Assembly: GCA_050293845.1 (NCBI GenBank)
Contig: JBNKNM010000133.1
Span: 1 to 15,020, forward strand
DNA: 15,020 nucleotides
Direction: 5' to 3'
From: Pseudobacteriovorax sp.
GTDB taxonomy: Bacteria; Bdellovibrionota_B; Oligoflexia; Oligoflexales; Oligoflexaceae
Part shown: in pieces, positions 9,380 to 15,020 of the stretch
Position numbering within the stretch: the stretch's first letter is position 1
Layout: each line of letters begins with the position of its first letter
Notes under the pieces: generated by a model
Seen by the model: the letters and a program-made list of their open reading frames with translations, nothing else
The model's database searches: none
What the model was told of the DNA's origin: nothing
Translations under genes and position numbers: made by a program

Positions 9380-9401
9380 TTGAAGAAAAATAGGGCTTCA
9401 A
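9380..9401. promoter_or_regulatory. Perfect inverted repeat TTGAAG-N10-CTTCAA, a candidate transcription-factor or enhancer (UAS) site
   Basis: TTGAAG (9380-9385), AAAAATAGGG, CTTCAA (9396-9401), centred between the two sigma54-like motifs. Confidence 0.3.
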
Positions 9402-9519
9402 TCAAACATTGCCTTGCAAGTTTTATGGCTTGTTTCCTGTATGGATTTTGTATACATAGCGCAATCATCCTAACTCATCGAAAATGTAAAAGGTAGGAAT
9501 CACTATGGAGACTTTTATT

Positions 9520-9536
9520 TTGGCTCTAATATTGCA
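9520..9536 (+). promoter_or_regulatory. Putative sigma54 (RpoN) -24/-12 promoter for the N-ATPase operon
   Basis: TTGGCTCTAATATTGCA: TGGC at -24 (GG at 9522-9523), exactly 10 nt, then GC at 9534-9535 within TTGCA. Predicted transcription start is near 9547, 30-45 nt before atpD. Confidence 0.7.
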
Positions 9537-9566
9537 TTTCCTCGATTCGACTATATTGCACATTAG

Positions 9567-11060
<1,494 letters not shown>

Positions 11061-11075
11061 GTTAGGAATATTCGT

Positions 11076-11480
11076 ATGGCCGAACAAAGCATGAACCTCA
11101 AACTACTATTGCCCTTCGAGATTTTGGTTGAGACCAGTGATGTCTTGCGCATAGTTGTTGAAAACTTAGAAGGAGCATTCGGCTTACTACCGCGTCGTCT
11201 TGATTGTGTGTCGGTGTTAGTACCCGGTATTCTTTTTTACGAAACAGCAACAGAAGGGAATTGTTACTTAGCCATTGACGAAGGTGTGCTTATTAAAACA
11301 GGATCTAACGTTCTCATATCAGTGCGTCGAGCGATTCAAGGAACTGATCTTGGCCAATTGCATGCCTCAGTGGACGAGGAATTTATGGCCTTGAATGAGC
11401 GAGAACTTGGTTTACGCACTCTGAGTGCAAAATTAGATGTTGGGATTTTACAACGTTTTAAAGGATTTGAGGATGCTTGA
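11076..11480 (+). CDS. atpC: N-ATPase subunit epsilon
   Basis: Epsilon N-terminal beta-sandwich pattern (LKLLLP...EGAFGLLPRRLD...LVPGIL...LAIDEGVL). It follows atpD as in N-ATPase operons. SD AGGA at 11064-11067. Confidence 0.92.
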   Translation: MAEQSMNLKLLLPFEILVETSDVLRIVVENLEGAFGLLPRRLDCVSVLVPGILFYETATEGNCYLAIDEGVLIKTGSNVLISVRRAIQGTDLGQLHASVDEEFMALNERELGLRTLSAKLDVGILQRFKGFEDA

Positions 11481-11802
11481 AGATTTCAATAAGAAACCTA
11501 AAAAAAAACCATCGTCCTTTACTGAGAATATCGCTTCTAAAGAACGCCGCAAACTTAAAGCACTCCGCAGTAAAGGAGGCGTTTGGTTTGGTCTAGGAAT
11601 GATGGGCTTAATCGGTTGGTCCGTAGTTATACCTACTTGGCTAGGTGTCGTGTTAGGTGCGTGGATCGATACCCATTATCCTGGGGAGCATACTTGGACA
11701 TTGGCATTGCTTATGGCGGGATTGGTGATTGGCTGCTTCAATGCGTGGCATTGGGTGGGTAAAGAGTACAGCTCGATAATTGAGGAGCAGGACAATGACT
11801 AG
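11473..11802 (+). CDS. atpQ: N-ATPase AtpQ (AtpZ/AtpI-like membrane protein)
   Basis: Basic N-terminus, then VWFGLGMMGLIGWSVVIPT..G..LG.WID and WTLALLMAGLVIGCFNAWHWV, giving two TM helices typical of this family. Start reassigned from 11437 to ATG 11473, which overlaps the atpC stop by 8 nt and has AAGGA at 11461-11465. Confidence 0.88.
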   Translation: MLEDFNKKPKKKPSSFTENIASKERRKLKALRSKGGVWFGLGMMGLIGWSVVIPTWLGVVLGAWIDTHYPGEHTWTLALLMAGLVIGCFNAWHWVGKEYSSIIEEQDND

Positions 11803-12094
11803 TAAAGAGATATTGTTTTTAACTCTTCCCTTTGCTGGGGGGTTCTCACTGGGTGTATTATTTTTCGCGGGTCTCTGGTGGACTGTACGAAAAGGAATGG
11901 TATTGAAGTCGCCGGCACCGCTGTTTTTGGGTAGTTTTTTACTGCGGACTATCACAGTATTGGTAGGGTTTTATTTCATCATTAATGTCAATTGGCAAAG
12001 TATGACCTTGTATTTTATTGGATTTATAGTCGGCCGCATTACTGTGAATCGATATGTAAAGAAACACGATGAAATTAAGTCGGTTAAGTTTTGA
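11795..12094 (+). CDS. atpR: N-ATPase-specific subunit AtpR
   Basis: About 99 aa with three hydrophobic segments. LGVLFFAGLWWTVRK and FLGSFLLR..GFIVGR carry membrane-associated Arg residues. It lies between atpQ and atpB. Start reassigned to ATG 11795, with SD GAGGAG at 11782-11787 and an 8-nt overlap with atpQ. Confidence 0.88.
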   Translation: MTSKEILFLTLPFAGGFSLGVLFFAGLWWTVRKGMVLKSPAPLFLGSFLLRTITVLVGFYFIINVNWQSMTLYFIGFIVGRITVNRYVKKHDEIKSVKF

Positions 12095-12102
12095 GGTAAA
12101 AC

Positions 12103-12801
12103 ATGCAGCTCTCCTCCGATGAATTGATTTTCTGGCAGTATGCTATTTTCAAACTGAATGGGACCATTGTCTTTACTTGGGTTTTAATGTTTGTTCTAGG
12201 TGTTGGATCGAAAATGATCACTCGTAAATTATCGAAGGATTTGAAACGGAGTCGATGGCAGAATATTTTAGAAATCATCGTCACCTCCATAGTAAAGCAA
12301 ATAGAAGATGTAGGGCTTCGAAACCCAGACAAGTACCTAGGTTTTCTAGGTACACTTTTTCTATTTATAGCGTTAGCCAGCCTTTGTACGATTATACCGG
12401 GCTATGAACCGCCAACAGCATCACTTTCAACTACTGTGGCGCTTGCCTTTTGTGTGTTTGTAGCTGTGCCTTATTTTGGAATATTAGAACAGGGACTAGG
12501 AGGATACCTTAAGTCCTATATAGAGCCTACAATTATTATGTTACCGTTCAATATTATCGCTGAGATGTCACGAACACTTGCATTAGCAGTTCGGCTCTTC
12601 GGAAATATGATGAGCGGTTCCATAATTCTTGGAATATTGCTCTCGATTACACCTTTCATTTTTCCAATTGTTATGACTGCGCTCGGTCTATTAACTGGTA
12701 TGGTACAGGCTTACATTTTTAGTATTCTTGCTGCCGTATATATCGCAGCGGCAACACGAGTTCCCATTCCCCATGTTCAAGAACAAGATGCATCTAGTTA
12801 A
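12103..12801 (+). CDS. atpB: N-ATPase FO subunit a
   Basis: RWQNILE, PPTASLSTT, SRTLALAVRLFGNMMSG containing the essential Arg, and GMVQAYIFSILAAVYI. SD GAGGT at 12093-12097. Confidence 0.96.
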   Translation: MQLSSDELIFWQYAIFKLNGTIVFTWVLMFVLGVGSKMITRKLSKDLKRSRWQNILEIIVTSIVKQIEDVGLRNPDKYLGFLGTLFLFIALASLCTIIPGYEPPTASLSTTVALAFCVFVAVPYFGILEQGLGGYLKSYIEPTIIMLPFNIIAEMSRTLALAVRLFGNMMSGSIILGILLSITPFIFPIVMTALGLLTGMVQAYIFSILAAVYIAAATRVPIPHVQEQDASS

Positions 12802-12824
12802 CCTTATATTGAAGGAGAATTTCT

Positions 12825-13106
12825 ATGGATAATGTGACTTCTATTGCTGTGGTTTCAATTATTTCTGCCGGTTTTGCCACCAGCATAGGGTGTATGTGTC
12901 CTGCCCTAGGTGAAGGGCGAGCGGTGTCTACAGCCCTAACGTCCTTAGCCCAGCAACCGGACGCCTCGGCAACGATCACGCGAACTCTATTTGTTGGGCT
13001 TGCCATGATCGAATCTACGGCCATTTATTGTTTTGTTGTTTCTATGATCTTAATTTTTGCCAATCCCTTTTGGAATCATTTTATTGCACAGACTGCAGGA
13101 CAATAA
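12825..13106 (+). CDS. atpE: N-ATPase FO subunit c, predicted Na+-binding
   Basis: Two-helix hairpin with PALGEG in helix 1, a QQPD loop and MIESTAIY in helix 2. SD AAGGAG at 12812-12817. Confidence 0.97.
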   Translation: MDNVTSIAVVSIISAGFATSIGCMCPALGEGRAVSTALTSLAQQPDASATITRTLFVGLAMIESTAIYCFVVSMILIFANPFWNHFIAQTAGQ

Positions 13107-13109
13107 ATT

Positions 13110-13952
13110 ATGTTGATAGATTGGTTCACCGTTGTAGCACAAATACTTAATTTTATCGTCATGATTTGGTTAATGAAGCGTTTCTTGTATCAGCCTATTC
13201 TACATGCCATAGATGAACGTGAAAAGCGCATTGCTGCTAAGCTTGCAGATGCTGAGACACAGAAAGCAGAAGCTCGTGACGAGCAGCAGGATTTCAAGCA
13301 AAAAAACGACGAGTTTGATAGTCAGCGAACCGTTTTAATGAAGAGCGCGACTGATGATGCTAATGCCGAACGAATGCGGCTACTAAAAGAAGCTCATATA
13401 GCATCAGAAGAATTGAGTGCTAAGCAAGAAAAAAGAATTACTAGAGAAGCTCTAAAATTGAAGCATGCTATTGTTTACAGGGCTCAAAATGAGATTTTCG
13501 CCATAGCGAGAAAGGTAATGGTAGATCTTGCCGATGCTAACCTAGAAGAACGAATCTGTGATCTATTCATCCAGCGTTTACAAACAATTGATCAGCAAAC
13601 TAAAAAAACTCTAATAGATTCCTTTGAAAGCAAATTAGAATCTATAAAAATTTTAAGTGCATTTGATCTATCAGACGAATTGCGATCACGGATTGGGATA
13701 TGTCTTGGTGAGGTTTGTGGTGTCAGCGAAGTTCTTCAACATCTCGATTTTGAGATTGCACCCCATCTAGTTAGTGGCATAGAGCTAATAATGAATGGGC
13801 AAAAGGTTGCATGGAGTATTGATCGCTACCTGACATCGCTAGAGAAGGGAGTTATGGAGTTACTTCCAGAGAAGGAATATTCTAACTTGGAAAAGAAGCC
13901 ACAATCTCCTAAAAACCATGAGTTAAATGGAGCTGATGTTCATGCAAACTAA
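13110..13952 (+). CDS. atpF: N-ATPase subunit b with a C-terminal delta-like extension
   Basis: [29 protein letters not shown] (b-subunit TM anchor), a long Ala/Glu/Lys-rich coiled coil, and C-terminal [26 protein letters not shown] resembling the delta/OSCP C-terminus. Confidence 0.93.
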   Translation: MLIDWFTVVAQILNFIVMIWLMKRFLYQPILHAIDEREKRIAAKLADAETQKAEARDEQQDFKQKNDEFDSQRTVLMKSATDDANAERMRLLKEAHIASEELSAKQEKRITREALKLKHAIVYRAQNEIFAIARKVMVDLADANLEERICDLFIQRLQTIDQQTKKTLIDSFESKLESIKILSAFDLSDELRSRIGICLGEVCGVSEVLQHLDFEIAPHLVSGIELIMNGQKVAWSIDRYLTSLEKGVMELLPEKEYSNLEKKPQSPKNHELNGADVHAN

Positions 13953-15020
13953 AAGGCTTGAATCTGTAGTGGATCAAATGTTTGATGGAATGGCTCAAGT
14001 TCGAGCTCAATTTAAGCCTACGATGTTAGCCCATGAAGTGGGACGGGTCACGAATATATCTACAGGCATTGCCAAAGTTTCAGGGTTACCTAACATGGGT
14101 TACGATGAGTTGGTGAAATTTTCAGGAGAGCTATTCGGAATTGCGTTCAACGTGGATGAGGGCGAAATTGGAGTCGTGCTGCTAGGGAATTACTGGCATA
14201 TCCAAGCTGGAGATGAAGTGGAACGTACAGGCCGTGTGATGGACGTCGCTGTGGGGGAAGAGCTTTTAGGACGGGTGATTGATCCTTTGGGAAGGGCTTT
14301 AGATGGTGGAGACCCTATCGAAAATACGATGCGTCTGCCCATCGAACGACCTGCCACTCCTATCATGGATCGTGCTCCTGTTACAGTTCCCTTACAAACA
14401 GGCCTTAAAGTTGTCGATGCACTTATTCCTATAGGGCGAGGTCAAAGAGAACTCATATTAGGTGACCGGCAAACTGGCAAAACAGCTATTGGTATCGATA
14501 CGATCTTAAATCAAAAAGATCAGAATGTGATCTGTGTGTATTGTGCCATTGGTCAGCGATCCTCTGCTGTTGCTAAAGTGGTAGCAAATCTAAAGACTAA
14601 AGGTGCCATGGATTATACAGTTGTTGTTGTGGCAGAGGGTAACGATCCGCCTGGACTGGCTTATATTGCGCCCTATGCAGCGACAAGTATCGCTGAATAT
14701 TTTATGGAAGCGGGGCGAGATGTGCTCATCGTTTACGATGATCTTACTCATCATGCCCGTGCCTATCGGGAGTTATCGCTACTCCTGCGTCGACCCCCTG
14801 GTCGTGAGGCTTTTCCCGGCGATATTTTTTACATTCATTCTAGATTACTAGAGCGATCAACCCATCTTAATAAAGAACGAGGTGGTGGATCACTGACGGC
14901 CTTGCCAATTATTGAAACTGAGGCCCAGAACATTTCTGCTTATATTCCTACGAATCTGATTTCGATCACCGACGGACAGATCTACTTATCTCCCTCCCTT
15001 TTTGAATTAGGTGTACTGCC
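13942..15020 (+). CDS. atpA: N-ATPase subunit alpha (partial, runs off the window end; absent from the ORF track)
   Basis: Manual translation of frame +1 from ATG 13942 (GGAG at 13929-13932; 11-nt overlap with atpF): [16 protein letters not shown]...[18 protein letters not shown]...[31 protein letters not shown] (Walker A)...[45 protein letters not shown]...[18 protein letters not shown]. Open to the end of the window. Confidence 0.97.
   Translation, partial: MQTKRLESVVDQMFDGMAQVRAQFKPTMLAHEVGRVTNISTGIAKVSGLPNMGYDELVKFSGELFGIAFNVDEGEIGVVLLGNYWHIQAGDEVERTGRVMDVAVGEELLGRVIDPLGRALDGGDPIENTMRLPIERPATPIMDRAPVTVPLQTGLKVVDALIPIGRGQRELILGDRQTGKTAIGIDTILNQKDQNVICVYCAIGQRSSAVAKVVANLKTKGAMDYTVVVVAEGNDPPGLAYIAPYAATSIAEYFMEAGRDVLIVYDDLTHHARAYRELSLLLRRPPGREAFPGDIFYIHSRLLERSTHLNKERGGGSLTALPIIETEAQNISAYIPTNLISITDGQIYLSPSLFELGVL

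Noticed and set aside
9400..9412. IHF-like site AATCAAACATTGC
   Set aside because: Spacing is one base off the WATCAA-N4-TTR consensus, so it is too weak to call.
9551..9562. Second TATTGCA element (CTATATTGCACA), resembling CTATATGCACA at 9212-9222
   Set aside because: There is no GG at the -24 position, so it is not a sigma54 site. The short imperfect repeat could be chance.
11500..11508. A9 homopolymer in atpQ as a phase-variation or frameshift site
   Set aside because: It encodes KKK in a basic N-terminus, the frame is intact, and such runs are expected in AT-rich DNA.
11437..11794. Track starts of 11437 for atpQ and 11780 for atpR
   Set aside because: ATGs at 11473 and 11795 have better SD spacing and typical 8-nt overlaps with the upstream gene.
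14603..14851. 82-aa plus-strand ORF in the track
   Set aside because: It is an alternative frame inside atpA, which is the real gene in frame +1.

Overview
The window holds two divergently transcribed units separated by a 388-bp AT-rich spacer (9191-9578). On the minus strand, a 73-aa SHOCT-domain membrane protein is followed by a 94-aa hypothetical protein and a 2820-aa cyclic beta-1,2-glucan synthase (Cgs/NdvB/ChvB family, with GT84, central cyclase and GH94 phosphorylase domains). On the plus strand is an N-type ATPase operon in the order atpD-atpC-atpQ-atpR-atpB-atpE-atpF-atpA. atpA runs off the window end and is missing from the ORF track. The c subunit has the full Na+-binding signature. 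The most notable unannotated signal is a pair of back-to-back sigma54 (-24/-12) promoter motifs, one in front of each unit, with a perfect TTGAAG-N10-CTTCAA inverted repeat about midway between them. This suggests a co-regulated osmotic/salt-adaptation module (inference). I saw no RNA genes or CRISPR arrays. A very degenerate IS5-like remnant may lie at the left edge.
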